Below, piece by piece: positions 13,560 through 26,067 of a stretch of 64,000 bases of DNA (positions are counted from its first letter, which is position 1; the number at the start of each line of letters is the position of its first letter). Source of the stretch: Octopus vulgaris (taxonomy: Eukaryota); the NCBI GenBank assembly GCA_951406725.2, contig OX597833.1, positions 24,676,001 through 24,740,000 of the forward strand, in the 5' to 3' direction. A model generated the notes under the pieces. It ran no database searches, had not been told where the DNA came from, and saw nothing but the letters and a program-made list of their open reading frames with translations. Position numbers and translations under genes: made by a program.

Positions 13560-14163
13560 TCATGGATTTGGTTCAGTCATTTGACTGCCGCCATGCCTGA
13601 AACTGCCTTTAGTCGAACAAATCGACTCCAGGGCTTATTCTTTGTAAGCCTAGTACATATTCTGTCGGTAACTTTTGCCGAACCGGTAAGTTACGGGGAC
13701 GTAAACACACCAACATCAGTTGTCAAGCGATAGTGGAGTGAAAAACACAGACACACAAACAAAAATATACATACATACATATACATTGATTGCTAGCCAC
13801 TAAACCTTTTATTATTTTTTCCTCTCTGTTTATTTATGAGTTCCTTTCTGTTGCAGAGCGTAGGTTCGAAACGTAAAAGACTTTCTCATTCCTCGAACGT
13901 TAAACTAATACATCCGTTTGTTGTTTACACACCCATCTTCGTCTTTTGTTTTGTTTGTTTGTTTTTTTTTGTAAATTCCAACTATATATATATATATATA
14001 TATACGGGCTTCTTTCAGTTTCCGCTCACCTAATCTACTCACAAGGCTTTGGTTCGCCCGAAGCTATAATATAAGACACCTGGCCAGAGTGCCACGTAGT
14101 GGGACTGATCCCAGAATCATGTGGCTGAGAAGCAAGCTTCTTACCACACGCCCACACCTGCGC
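13560..14163 (-). mobile_element. SINE family B with a ~200-bp hammerhead-like insert (13787-13983) in its internal microsatellite
   Basis: Family B tail 13560-13780 and head 14003-14163 are separated by unrelated sequence. Confidence 0.8.
13844..13879 (+). ncRNA. Degenerate minimal hammerhead-like motif
   Basis: cttt CTGTTGC a gagc gtag gttc GAAA cg TA aaag; helices I and II pair, core mutated; relative of 30743-30777. Confidence 0.45.
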
Positions 14164-14412
14164 TTATATATACATATACGCAATGTATATTTATGTATCT
14201 ATATGTATATAAACATACATATATACATATACACAAACATATACCTATACATACATACACATACATATATAAATTATATATATATGCATACATATATATA
14301 TACATATATATATGTGTGTGTATATATATATGTATATGTATACACCCCCCACACACATATATATATATGCTAAATGAAAGACGGAACATGGAAGATACGA
14401 GCATTTTTATTA

Positions 14413-14515
14413 ATCACGACAATTGTTCCAACATATCTAGTATCAAACCCTCGCGGGTGGAATACTTAACTGGTTCAGAAGTAACCGACGTTGCAGATAT
14501 GTCTCTTGGGGTGAT
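14413..14515 (-). ncRNA. Degenerate hammerhead-like motif with long helix II loop (homolog at 60431-60538)
   Basis: Reverse complement: atcac CCCAAGA gacatatct[loop]agatatgtt GGAA caattg TC gtgat; palindromic helix III caattg. Confidence 0.5.
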
Positions 14516-15721
14516 AAAGAGATATAACTTGTTTAAATAACAGTTCCACAATATATCTTCTCATTTCGTGTGAAGAAAAGCAGCAAAAGGAGAACTTAAT
14601 TCATCCATACCTTAAAATAAATTATGTTAACTGTTACTCAAACATCATTCTCAAATGCATTGTGCGAAAGTACATTTACATGAACGTAGGCATCTTTCAG
14701 AAATTCTCTCAATGATCTTCTCATTGGTCCACAGAATAGAAAGGGATTCCTCGGAGCAGAATTGGCATCTCCTGGAAGTGATGTTTTATGGTAATGCGTG
14801 CCTTATACACTCACACACATATATACCCCTCCCATATATATATATACACACACACATTTTATTGAAGTTTATTGAACAGCAGCTCTTTTGTCGGTTACAT
14901 ACAGTGAGTGTGTATATTTACGAGCTTGTGCGCGCCTGTGCGTAAATTTTGATTGCAGAAGCCAAAGTTACTACTTACAATTTCACTCCGTGGAGTTTTG
15001 GTTTCAGGCGACTAAATTCAATAACTTCCTAATAGTATTGAGTACAGTTCCTCTCGTTCATTAATTAACCTTGTCGTACACACAGAAATAGATTTATAGT
15101 CATATATACATATATATATGTAATATTCCTTGAACAACCTCACATCTGTTTTGTTTTAGAAGACAAGACGAAATCAAAACGTTCAAATGTTTAAATGTCT
15201 AAGTGTCTAAGTGTCTGCATGTTAGAAGTGAAGAAGTATTTGTTGAAATGGAATGACAATCAAATGTTTGTCGTATCAGAAATAAACATTCACCGGTGTT
15301 TTCTCCTGAGGGTTTTGACAGAACAGTCACATACAAACAGTGGTTTGACGTTCAGAAGTTCGCTTTTTTGAAGTTTTTATTTTGATATGTTTCGTGTTTT
15401 TTTCCTTCTTCTTTATGGTTTTGCGTATGTGCAAGAGTATATGCATGTGTGTGTGTGTGTTTGTGTGTGTTTGTATATGTGTATTTGTATCTGTGTTTAT
15501 AAGAACCGTGTGTTTGTGTTTTTGTAGGTATATGCGTGTTTGTTGTGTGTGAACATATGTGTTTGTGTTTATGTATGGTGCAGTTAGTACAAAAAATTTT
15601 AATTTTGTCACTGTATAATCTGAGGCCAGGTTCGATCGAATAGGCCTATGAGCAAAAGCACTCTAGCCGTGACCATCTCATCTTCACATACAAGTTTATC
15701 TGAGACAATATTATCAAGTTT

Positions 15722-16120
15722 AAGGCGGCGAGGTGGCAGAATCGTTTGCACGCCGGGCGAAATGCTGAGCGGTATTTCGTCTGCCGTTACGTTCTGAGTT
15801 CAAATTCCGCCGAGGTCGACTTTGCCTTTCATCCTTTCGGGGTCGATTAAAATAAGTACCAGTTACGCACTGGGGTCGATATAATCAACTTAATCTGTTT
15901 GTCTGTCCTTGTTTATCCCCTCTGTGTGTAGCCCCTTGTGGGCAGTAAAGAAATAGTTATTTCAGCTGTTTTTACGTTCTGAGTTCAAATTCTGCCGAGG
16001 TTAATTTTACCTCTCATCTTTTCGGGGTCGATAAATTAAGTACCAGTTACGTACTGGGGTCGATCTAATTGACTGGCCCCTTCCCTCAAAATTTGGGCCT
16101 TGTGCTTAGAGTAGAACAGT
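15722..16120 (+). mobile_element. SINE family D (Nin-domain-like), full copy followed by a truncated tandem copy
   Basis: aaggcggcgaggtggcagaatcg...gaggtcgactttgcctttcatcctttcggggtcgattaaaataagtacc. Confidence 0.85.
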
Positions 16121-17121
16121 ATATCATTAAGTTTTAAATGGAAAAAACCTGTAGAGTTTGATTTTATAAAGCTACAATATTTTTTAAAGTTTGGGGGACT
16201 ACGCAGTGGTTAACTTAAGATAAAGAGAAGCAAACTTGTCCTCCAGCAGATATATCTCTTACCACAGGCTCATTCTTTTGACACCCCATCCCCATAGTCT
16301 CCACTGTCAAAAACGGCGTGTTAGTGGGCACATTTTAATTAAATTTAAATGTATAGGTCCAGCAAACACATTTAGCTGCGTTGTGCCAAATTATCGAATT
16401 TTGTCGAATATCATGGTATCTAGAATTATGAGTAGCGACAAATGGTATATTCATATTTGTGTCTTTATGTATAATTCTAATGATATATACATACATTCAT
16501 AATACATACATATATACATACATACACACACATATATATATATATGTATGTATGTATGCATGTATGTATGTATGTATGTATGTATGTATGTATGTATGTA
16601 TGTATGTATGTATGTATGTATGTGCATATAGTTACTTGTAACTTCATATGATAAAGTGTTCTCTGAGGATCCGTTGTGGTCGAGTATCTATATGAATTTG
16701 GAACTTCTATCGCAGGGCTTCAAACCAATATACTTGTGAAATCTCTTATTATAAAAGGCAGATTTTATCTGCCTCACTTTGGGAGTTATAGAAATCTACA
16801 ATATAGGATTTCTTCAATTACAATTTACCTAGCATTTTTAAGAGTACAATGCATCGCGTCATGCCAGGTCCACTTTTTAAAATTTAAACTCCAATTAAGC
16901 AAAATTTACAGAAAACTCACATTCTGGTGTTTGTGTCAAATGCTTTTCTTAGTCTGGTTTACACCACACACAAACGCACACACACAGTGGGCAACGAATA
17001 AAATGAAAGTAATTCACTTACTGTAGTGAGTGATTCTTTCACTCTGCCTCCCACTTCCTCTTTCCACACATAGACACGCAAATATATAAATAAAATTGTA
17101 AGCTAACGTGCGTGTGTGTGA

Positions 17122-17156
<35 letters not shown>

Positions 17157-17255
17157 TGAGGGTGCGCGTGTGTGTGTGTGTGTGTGCGTGTGCGTGAGTG
17201 TATGACAGGAAAGTTTTTTACGACGAATATAACACCTATATCCAAGTAGCAGAAA

Positions 17256-17521
17256 GATAAGACAGTAAGGTGTGATTTGAGGGAGATTTGGTTGCTATTT
17301 CTACCATGTCTAGCTGCCATGTAGGGGTCTCCCTCATAGGCTCATACATACATATATACATAGATAAGACAGTAAGGTGTGATTTGGGGGAAATTTGGCT
17401 GCTATTTCTACCAGGTCTAGCTACCATGTAGAGGTCCCCCTCATTGGCTCATATATATATACATACATAAGACAGTAAGGTGTGATTTGAGGGAGATTTG
17501 GCTGCTGTTTCTCCCAGGTCT
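17256..17521 (+). repeat. Tandem array of ~2.5 copies of a ~105-bp unit
   Basis: ataagacagtaaggtgtgatttg(a/g)ggga(g/a)atttgg starts at 17257, 17364 and 17467. Confidence 0.9.
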
Positions 17522-17886
17522 GTTAGGCCTTCTCATGTAAACTCAAGCTTTCTCATGCCTTGAACATAAGACCAAAGCAGAGAATGTATTCTTTTATTCT
17601 TCTGCTTTTTCCAGCCATTGGTCTGTGGCCATGCTGGGGCAATGCCTTGAAGAATTGTAGTTTAATGAATCAACTCCAGTTTTATTTTTGTAAGCATTGT
17701 ACTTATTCTATCTGTTTCCTTTGTCAAACCACTAGGTGACAGGGATGTAAACAAACCAACATTCGTTGTCAAGCAGTGGTGGAGGACAATCACAAGCACA
17801 GACACGCACACACACACACATACATGCATACATATATACACACATACATACATACATACATATATATATATGTGCGTATATATATA

Positions 17887-18145
17887 TTGCAGTGTGGAAG
17901 GTGTTTGTAAGCCATTTAAGAAACACACAAAAACCGTTACATTCACTTCAACATTTAAATTTAATTTGCCAAAATATTTTCGTCGCTTTGAGACCGCGAC
18001 CTGTTCACTGACAAAAATATCGTGCTAACAGGTCGCGGTCTCAAAGCGACGAAAATATTTTGACAAATTAAATTTAAATGTTGAAGTGAATCTAACGGTT
18101 TTTGTGTGTTTCTTAAATGGCTTATAAACACCTTCAACGCTGCAA
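17887..18145. repeat. Long foldback palindrome, ~119-bp arms and ~21-nt loop
   Basis: 17887-18005 is the reverse complement of 18027-18145 with few mismatches; flanked by TA-rich microsatellite. Confidence 0.92.
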
Positions 18146-18217
18146 CTGTTTTCGTTCCAGCACACGATCTCAGATCAAGTCACTTGCTATGCAAGTACAT
18201 CTCTGTAACTATATATA

Positions 18218-18264
<47 letters not shown>

Positions 18265-18327
18265 TGGTAAAAACAGTAAGATAACAAAAGAAAGAAAGAG
18301 ACCTCAATATTATGTAAATAGAGGAAA

Positions 18328-18722
18328 TCTTTATATTTAAAAGTGAGGTTGTGTGTCTGTCTCCTACGATTTAGATTCCTAACTACTCCCACATTTTGCG
18401 GTGCAGTTTGACCAAAACCGGGTATCTTATAGTCGTGATTCATATCGAGACCGTCTGGGTATTAGCGCGCGTCTACGATGAGTCTACGATTTAAAAAAAA
18501 ATTTACCATCAATTTTTCCCATTTTTAATCCATTTTTGACATATATAAGGGAAGTAACTCTCTAAAATTTATTATTAAATCTCAGAACGTAAAAAGCTAC
18601 AGTAACACCCCTCCCCCTTTGTGGTTAGCCATATTGAGATGGCTATTATACTTTACATCTCTAAAAATGCTTATATAATTATTTCCCTTACAAACCCGAG
18701 CAACGCCGGGCGATACTGCTAG
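18328..18722 (+). mobile_element. Non-autonomous Helitron
   Basis: A|TC...caaacccgagcaacgccgggcgatactgCTAG|T; 3' end shared with 3278-3666. Confidence 0.75.
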
Positions 18723-19002
18723 TGCGTAATATAAACTTGTCTTAATTTTCCTATGCACACACACGCACGCACCATCGCGCGCGTGCGCGCACACACACAC
18801 ACATATACACATATTTTCTTATATGTGCGTATGTGTGCGTGAGTGGAGAGGGTTTTGACAAACATCTATGTTCTGTTGTATAGTTACAGTCGGAAACCCT
18901 ATCAACAACTGTATAAGAATTCATCTAGATGGGACCACTTTATTCTCTCATGGCGGCCCTTTTTTCTTTCTTTTATTGATATTCAACATTATCATCATAT
19001 TC

Positions 19003-19219
19003 TTCTATTCTTTTATTTGTTTCAGTCATTTGCGGCCATACTGGAGCGCCACCTTTAGTCGAAGAAATCGAGTCCAGGACTTATTCTTTGTAAGCGTAGT
19101 ACTTATTCTAACGGTCTATTTTGAGGAACAGCTAAGTTACGGGGATGTAAACACCCCAGTATCGGTTGTCAAGCGATGTTGGGTGGAGGACAAACGCACA
19201 CACACAAACATACACACAC

Positions 19220-19298
<79 letters not shown>

Positions 19299-19457
19299 CG
19301 ACAGGCTTTCAGTTTCCATCTACCAAATTCACTCACAAGTCTTTGGTCGGCCCGAGGCTATGAGAAGACACTTGCCCAAATTGCCACGCAGTGGGACTGA
19401 ACCCGGATCCACGTGGTTGGTAAGCAAACTATTTACTACACAGCCACTCCTGCGCCT
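19003..19457 (-). mobile_element. SINE family B, full length
   Basis: Colinear with 1168-1566. Confidence 0.88.
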
Positions 19458-19504
19458 ATGATAATATTTTTTATTAACATTTGAAGATAATATGTATATA
19501 TATA

Positions 19505-19565
<61 letters not shown>

Positions 19566-19974
19566 CGTTTAACTTGTCGGAGTACAATAAAGAAGTAAAC
19601 CACCCAAATTATCTCTCGTCGGTGAGAAAGTGTCTATGTAATGTATTCGCTTGACCTGCTAAAAACAGCAGCTAGACTGTCGCGAATATCCAACGATTAT
19701 GTTCGATTAGGTGGCCCCGGGTTTTTTGCATATAAGGATAAGTTAGGATGAATATGGTTGAAATAATTTGATCATAGGTGTCCTCCTAATGTTAGTCCAC
19801 TGTTTGGCTGCGAGCTACACGACCAATACTTCCCGGTGAGTATTTTCTTTTCCCCTGTACCAGTTTCAATTAAAAATATGTTATTTTTATCGAACCGTTT
19901 CGAAAGATTTCTGCAAATCTATAACGAATGATATTAATAAAATGCATCGATGGTTTTCAACATTGGGTTGCCAT

Positions 19975-20410
19975 GAAGCGGTGAGTTGGCAGAACCATTA
20001 GCCCCCCCAGACAAAATGCTTAATGGCATTTCGTCTGATTTCAAATACTGCCGAGGTCGACTTTGCTTTTCATCTTTTCGGGGTCGATAATTTAACTACC
20101 AATGAAACACTGGTGGTTGATGTTATCGACTAGTCCCATTCCCGAAAATTTCCGGCCTCGTGCCTTTAGTAGAAATGATTATTATTGTTATTATTAAAGC
20201 AGCGAGCTGATAGGAGCTGATAGGGCGCCGGGTAAAATTCTTAACGGCATTTCGTCTGTCTTCAAGTACTGTGTTCAAATTCCGCCGGGGTCGACTTAGC
20301 CCTTCATATTTTGGGGTTTGATAAAATAAGTACCAGCTGAGTACTGGGAGTCGATGTGATCGATTTACCCTCTCCCCCGAAATTTCCCGCCTTCTGCTAA
20401 AATTTGAAAT
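19975..20410 (+). mobile_element. Two tandem SINE family D copies
   Basis: Heads at ~19975 and ~20197, each followed by the gtcgact...ataagtacc core. Confidence 0.8.
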
Positions 20411-21060
20411 CTTTAATGGGTTGCCGGAAATTTTCGCTCATTTTTAACAATTTATTTATTTTAATCCTTTTCAATGTTATTTGAATTTTCATGAAAAATA
20501 TTTTTATCGCAGTAGTTTACATTTTTCATTTGTAGTTCTTTTCTTACTCTACGATTTTTGTTTATCGTTTCCGAATGTGAATAAATTTTCATTCTTTTCA
20601 GACATATGACGATAACGTATCAAGTAGAAAAGAAAGGAAAAATCCACCAAAATATCCACCAAAGACGAATGGAATTATCTGACAAACCATTAAATATATA
20701 GAGTTTTACGAGTAACAGTTTTATTGTCCATACACACACACACACATACGTGTGTGTGTATGAAAATAGGTTATAATTCAAAAAGCAATGTAATATATAA
20801 AATTCCACCTGCCTACGGTAGTAATTCTCGTATTGTCGCTTGAAGGATCATTCCTGTTACGGAATGAATTACCACCTCCCTACAGACCTTCGAACACATG
20901 TACATACATGAATATATAAATACATACATGCATATATGTGTGTGTGTGTGTACATGTATATATATATATATGCATATATACACACGTGTGTGTACATGTA
21001 TATATGTATACACATATACACACATATATATATACGTATGTAAATACATATATGTGTATT

Positions 21061-21103
<43 letters not shown>

Positions 21104-22549
21104 ATATGTGGGTATATGTGCGTGTATGTAAATATATCAGAGAGAGGGAGATGGCAGAGAATGAAAGAAAAATGTATATGTGGATGCATATATACACACA
21201 TATTCAGAGATGCGTACATTCAGCCTATCTACCTACCTACCTACCTACATACATACATAGATACATGTATTCTATCGGGCATGTATAAAACGTTTGTAAT
21301 TCAAAACGTTTGAAAGCAAAGGAACAACTCTGTTATTTTCCCATTATCGTGGTTTCGCTTCACTCGCTATTACACCTCACATGAAGCAGAAGAAGTCACT
21401 AAGAAGACGAGGTACATAAAATATATATTCACTGAATCCTTAACATTTTCACGTTATTTATATAGTTTTATTTATTTGCTCCCCAAAAGTCATATGACAC
21501 GCCCCATCGTGTCACATTCCTACTTTAGATGGTAAAATTCTAATTCTCTCACTTCTAAAACATGAGCAAGATACAAAGGTACGAGTGAGCTTTTATGCGA
21601 TCGCTCATTTTACTAGAAATACCAGTAAAATTTTCCCGAAACAGGGAAGGACACAGAGAACAGTGTTGTTCTAGATATGCAAACAAAAGTCACCACTGAC
21701 CGGTCTTTCGCTCATTGTGCAGGTAAACCATATTTGACCAGTTTTAGCAACAGAAACAACATAATGAGAGCTGGTGTTGTCGATTATTTTACTTTTTATA
21801 TCGTCTTGTTTCAGTCATTCTCATATTTTTGCTGAGATGGTGTATAAAGACACTTATGACTTAATCTCCTCCCCACACCTTTTATTTACTGATTTATTTA
21901 CTTCTTTATTTTTCTACCCCTAGAATTGTCTTAGTTTGCCTCTGGTTTTAAATGTAGCGGACAAATTGTAGAGAAGACTAGACTTTGGTCAATTCCATAA
22001 TGGACATCAAGTAGTAAGTCTCTAGAATGTTTCAGTAAGTACACTTATAAAAACTTTACGAGTATGCTTTTGGATAAATATTAATTAGCTCTGTTTACGA
22101 AATCACAAGCACTATCGTTCTTCTAAACTTATTGGCGATTCCTGTTATGCTTAAGTACTAGTTTTATTTTATTATTATTTATACACCCGGGTACCCCTAA
22201 AAAAAGAGATTAACCCACCAATTATTTTTCTAGATTATTTGCTACATTAATCTTTTGCTCATCGACTTCAAGCTTTCCATGAGAAATAGCATGATTCTAA
22301 TTTTATTGAGCCTTCTTTCCTCATCTCGAGGTCCTGTTATTTCCTTTTCCCTCTTCTCTTGTTATGTATAATTATTCACTCTGGTGAAGTTCCATGTACT
22401 TGATCGAATGTGCTATAAAGATGACGGATATAATTTTCGTAAGCAATGTTAAAGTTTTGTATTAAAAAATAATTAACCGACGTTGGTCAATTTGTTTGTT
22501 TGTTAATCAAACGTTTTCTCCATTTTCTGATCAAAGCATAAAAAGCAAT

Positions 22550-22715
22550 CTAAACGCTCTGAAATCATCAGAACATCTGAATTTGTACAGCAAGTTCGAC
22601 AGACCGTTGATTACACTTCCAGAAAGTCTATGAGGTCAATTGCAAAAGATCTCCACATATCAGAAGGAAATGGCAGAAATGTTGTACACGAAGACATCAG
22701 GTATAAATCTTATAG
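22550..22715 (+). pseudogene. Tc1/mariner (maT-like) transposase HTH fragment
   Basis: IIRTSEFVQQVRQTVDYTSRKSMRSIAKDLHISEGNGRNVVHEDIRYKSY. Confidence 0.6.
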
Positions 22716-23935
22716 CGTCGGTGAAAAGTAGTTAGGCTGTTCTCTCCTAAACACATACACACACACTGTGTGAGAGCAGTGGATAGGCGCAGATACATTT
22801 GAAAGAGTAAAGTCCCCTGACTAATCAACAAAAAAACCACCCAAAACTATGAATATCTTTTATGTCTGTAAAAATGTACTTATTCTGCTTTTATTTCTTC
22901 AAACATACTATCGAGAAGTTGATAAAGCTCACACTCTCTCACCCTTATACAATAAAAGGTAACACCTAATTGGATAAACTCAATAATGCTTTTCTCTTAA
23001 TATGAAGTAATACAGTTCTTAATTGTCCTATCACTTGTTTGCTGCCGTCTACATTTTTTCTGCTCTCCCTGATCTTGGCTTCCTTTCTCCTCTCTTTTGA
23101 CTTGACAGTTACCAGATATCTGAATATGTATGTACTAAAACGACTGATATAGTTTCCGGAGATAGACCAGTATTTCGTCCTTATATTTTGTTTGCAAAAT
23201 TCTTGATATGAAATCGTGTGTTGAACTAAATTTTGTTTCATCACCGGAGGGTCATTGCATCAAGAGTAAACACACACGGTGGTTCTGTTTAACTTCTTTA
23301 TTCATTTGTCACTTGGCTAACTCTTTTCTCAATTAACTAATCAATTGTTTGATGAATCATTTGGAGCAGAGAGGGCATGCTATTGATTAGGTTGCGAATG
23401 AAGATGAAAGGATTTCTGCAAACATGACTGATTGAGTTATTAACAGAACGGTTAATCAAACATCGATTAATTGGTTAAATAATAACTAATTGACAAATGA
23501 TAATGAAGTGAAATTGAATTAGTGTGAGAGAGACCAAGAGAGACGGAGAAAAACAGTATTTTATCATGGAATAGATTTGCCCCTATTGCTTCGTGCAGTG
23601 TTTTGTTTTAAAGTAGATCGCCTTATCTAACATTGTCTCATGACACGTGATTGTTTTCAGTCCTTAGTCACCAGATTATCTTATGTTACCGGAGACTGAC
23701 TCTCATTCGTTTAACATAATTGAATTGAAATTAGGCGATTGTCTTTAGTATTTTCTCATTCCTTAGTAAATATTTATATTAGATTTACAGAACTTCAATG
23801 ACGTCTCATCACATGCATTTCGAGGTAATAGACATATAATTAACTCAGGTATAGTGATGCAAACGGAAAACAAAACTAGGACATAAAATATGAGTGTATG
23901 TGTATTTTTATTAATCTTTAGCAGAAGCAGCCGAA

Positions 23936-23998
23936 TGACTCAAGGGCCGAGAGTTTGGTGCGTTGAGAGTGACTCAAGGGCGAGAGTTTGGTGCGTTG
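23936..23998 (+). repeat. Tandem duplication, 34-bp period
   Basis: tgactcaagggc(c)gagagtttggtgcgttg twice. Confidence 0.9.
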
Positions 23999-25405
23999 GC
24001 ACGCTAGTCATAGTGGCTGTTCCAGCGCACCTCCCTTGACACCTTTTGTCTCCTGGGTCCATGAGGCAGAAAATTGTACGTCTAGTCCTAAAATACTTAG
24101 ATCCTGTGAGATGCTGTCTTTGTTAATTTTTCTTAAATCCTAGGCTTTGTTTCTGAAATAATGTATTAAGTTACCTCTCTTGATTTATTAAGTATTGGCT
24201 AATGTGTTTTTTTTTTTCAGTAACACGTATCGAAGATAAACCCGTACGCAAGCCACTTATGTTGAATTTTATGACTAGATTTATTTATATTTTTATTATT
24301 TGAGACGACGGGAAAACAACTGTTGTTGTATATCTAATGTCATCTTCCAGTTTACCTTACGTTTATTTATTGATTCATTTACGTTCCACGTCCACCTTTA
24401 CGCGTTTAATAGTGTTTCCCATTTTACAGTAGGCGGACATATTTCATTTACAGAATCCAAAAAGATGGTTAGATGATAAATAATACAAACGAAAATAAAA
24501 CAGAAAATAATGAAAATAAAAAGAAAGGAAAAAAAAGAAATGTTGATTGGTGTCACTGATAATGTTGAGAAAGTTTTGGTGGACACTAGAAAGTATTGGT
24601 GGACACTGATCAACACCAAACAATGATTGCACTGCTCGATCACGCCAGGCGCCATATTATCTGCAAATGTCTCCGTAATCGTATATCATAACTATAAGGT
24701 GTGTCTTTCTCAAGGATGTCGAACAGTTCTGATCTGGAAAAATCTGAAATGGAATACATTCTGTTTTATCAAATCAAACATTTCTGAGGTAAAGGAAGAA
24801 TATACGATAGCATAGATGATGCGATAACAAAAATTGTTTGTTCATTTTTGTCTGTATCCTCTTTGCTATTCTGATGATCTCAGCTTTGACATGTTGACAC
24901 AGACAAATGATAAGCTGCTGTCACTCAATCAAATGCAATCCAGGTATGAGGATTAACCACTGAGGACGCCTCTACATAGACACTCCAAGCGCTAGAAATA
25001 GCAGTTAAATGACAGAAGAACTACATATTATCACGTTGGAGAATGACACACCTTGAAAGGATATTTCGTTAAATTATAGCGCTGGATAAATTATCCGAAG
25101 ATATGATGGAATGTCGGTGGCTGGAATGTTTGAATAAAGAGGCGCAGGAGGCGAAACAACGAAAATAAGTAGGGAGAGAGATTTTTCGATAAAAAGTAAG
25201 TTATACACATAAAATGTAGGCTTCAAGAATTTTCTGTAGTACTTTTAAAAATATTACTTACAATGTGTGCATGTGTGTGTGTGTGCGTGTGTGCGCGTGT
25301 GTTTGTGGGCGTATATTTGTGTGAGTGTATGTGTGCGTGGGCGCGAGTCTGCACGCATGTATGCGTCTGTGAGTACATGTTATATTACACACGCACACAT
25401 TAGAA

Positions 25406-25860
25406 ATAGAAGCAGTATGAGAAGCAAAAAATAGTGTTTATACCCCCACTGTTATGTGGGTGTTGTCTAAGGGACAGCGGTTCTACAATTTTAACCCCAG
25501 GAATAATCTCCTCCAGATGGTTTATTCAGTACACTTTCCACACGCGATATTTATTGCAAGCGGGAGATAACTCTTGCCATCCTAGTTTGAAAACACCAGA
25601 CCACGTGATTTCGATCTTACTGGATCTCTTCAGTGGTGGGCATTTGTTTGCCAAGCATGGCAGCAGTTTAACCTCGCTTGCAGTATATAAAAAATACAGT
25701 GTTTTAATTACCGATTTTGTATCTTCCTCTAGTCCGTTAGAAAATCTCTGTTTGAGATAGAAGCAGTACACGAGTCAAAAGGTAGTGTTTATCCCCACTT
25801 TAATGTGGGTGTTCTCTAAGAGACGTCGTCGCTGCAGTTTTAACCCGAGGAAGACATCTT
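25406..25860 (-). mobile_element. Retrozyme or Penelope-pLTR-like unit: 351-bp period, ~105-bp diverged terminal direct repeats
   Basis: atagaagcagta...tagtgtttat..ccccact..atgtgggtgtt..ctaag starts at 25406 and 25757; contains an intact hammerhead. Confidence 0.65.
25594..25638 (-). ncRNA. Type I hammerhead ribozyme, intact core
   Basis: Reverse complement: cacca CTGAAGA gatc cagtaa gatc GAAA tcacgtgg TC tggtg; helix I cacca/tggtg, helix II gatc/gatc, palindromic helix III cacgtg, GUC cleavage triplet. Confidence 0.85.
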
Positions 25861-25994
25861 CAGCTCTCGAACAGAAATTTTCTAACGGAAATTCTTTATT
25901 GGAATATCTCGGAGCACAAACATAAAACTACAAATAAATAAATATTTAATGTAAATATTGGGTTAAAAATATCTTTTAGATAGAAAAACTCAAA

Positions 25995-26067
25995 GGTTGC
26001 CTGTGTGACTTGAACCCACATCTCCTGTAGACATGACTGGCGGTCTGCCATTGTACCCAAGCAATCC
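25995..26067 (-). other. tRNA-like relic (SINE head or tRNA pseudogene)
   Basis: Reverse complement ggattgcttgggtacaatggcagacc...gtgggttcaagtcacacaggcaacc: acceptor-like pairing, A box and B box; anticodon arm poor. Confidence 0.4.

Noticed and set aside
23936-23998. 34-bp duplicate as a CRISPR-like repeat or paired AP-1 (TGACTCA) enhancer
   Set aside because: Only two adjacent copies with no spacers, eukaryotic context, and no evidence for regulatory function
24205-24280. Polypyrimidine tract plus CAG as a possible splice acceptor of a host exon
   Set aside because: No recognisable protein and no convincing donor site
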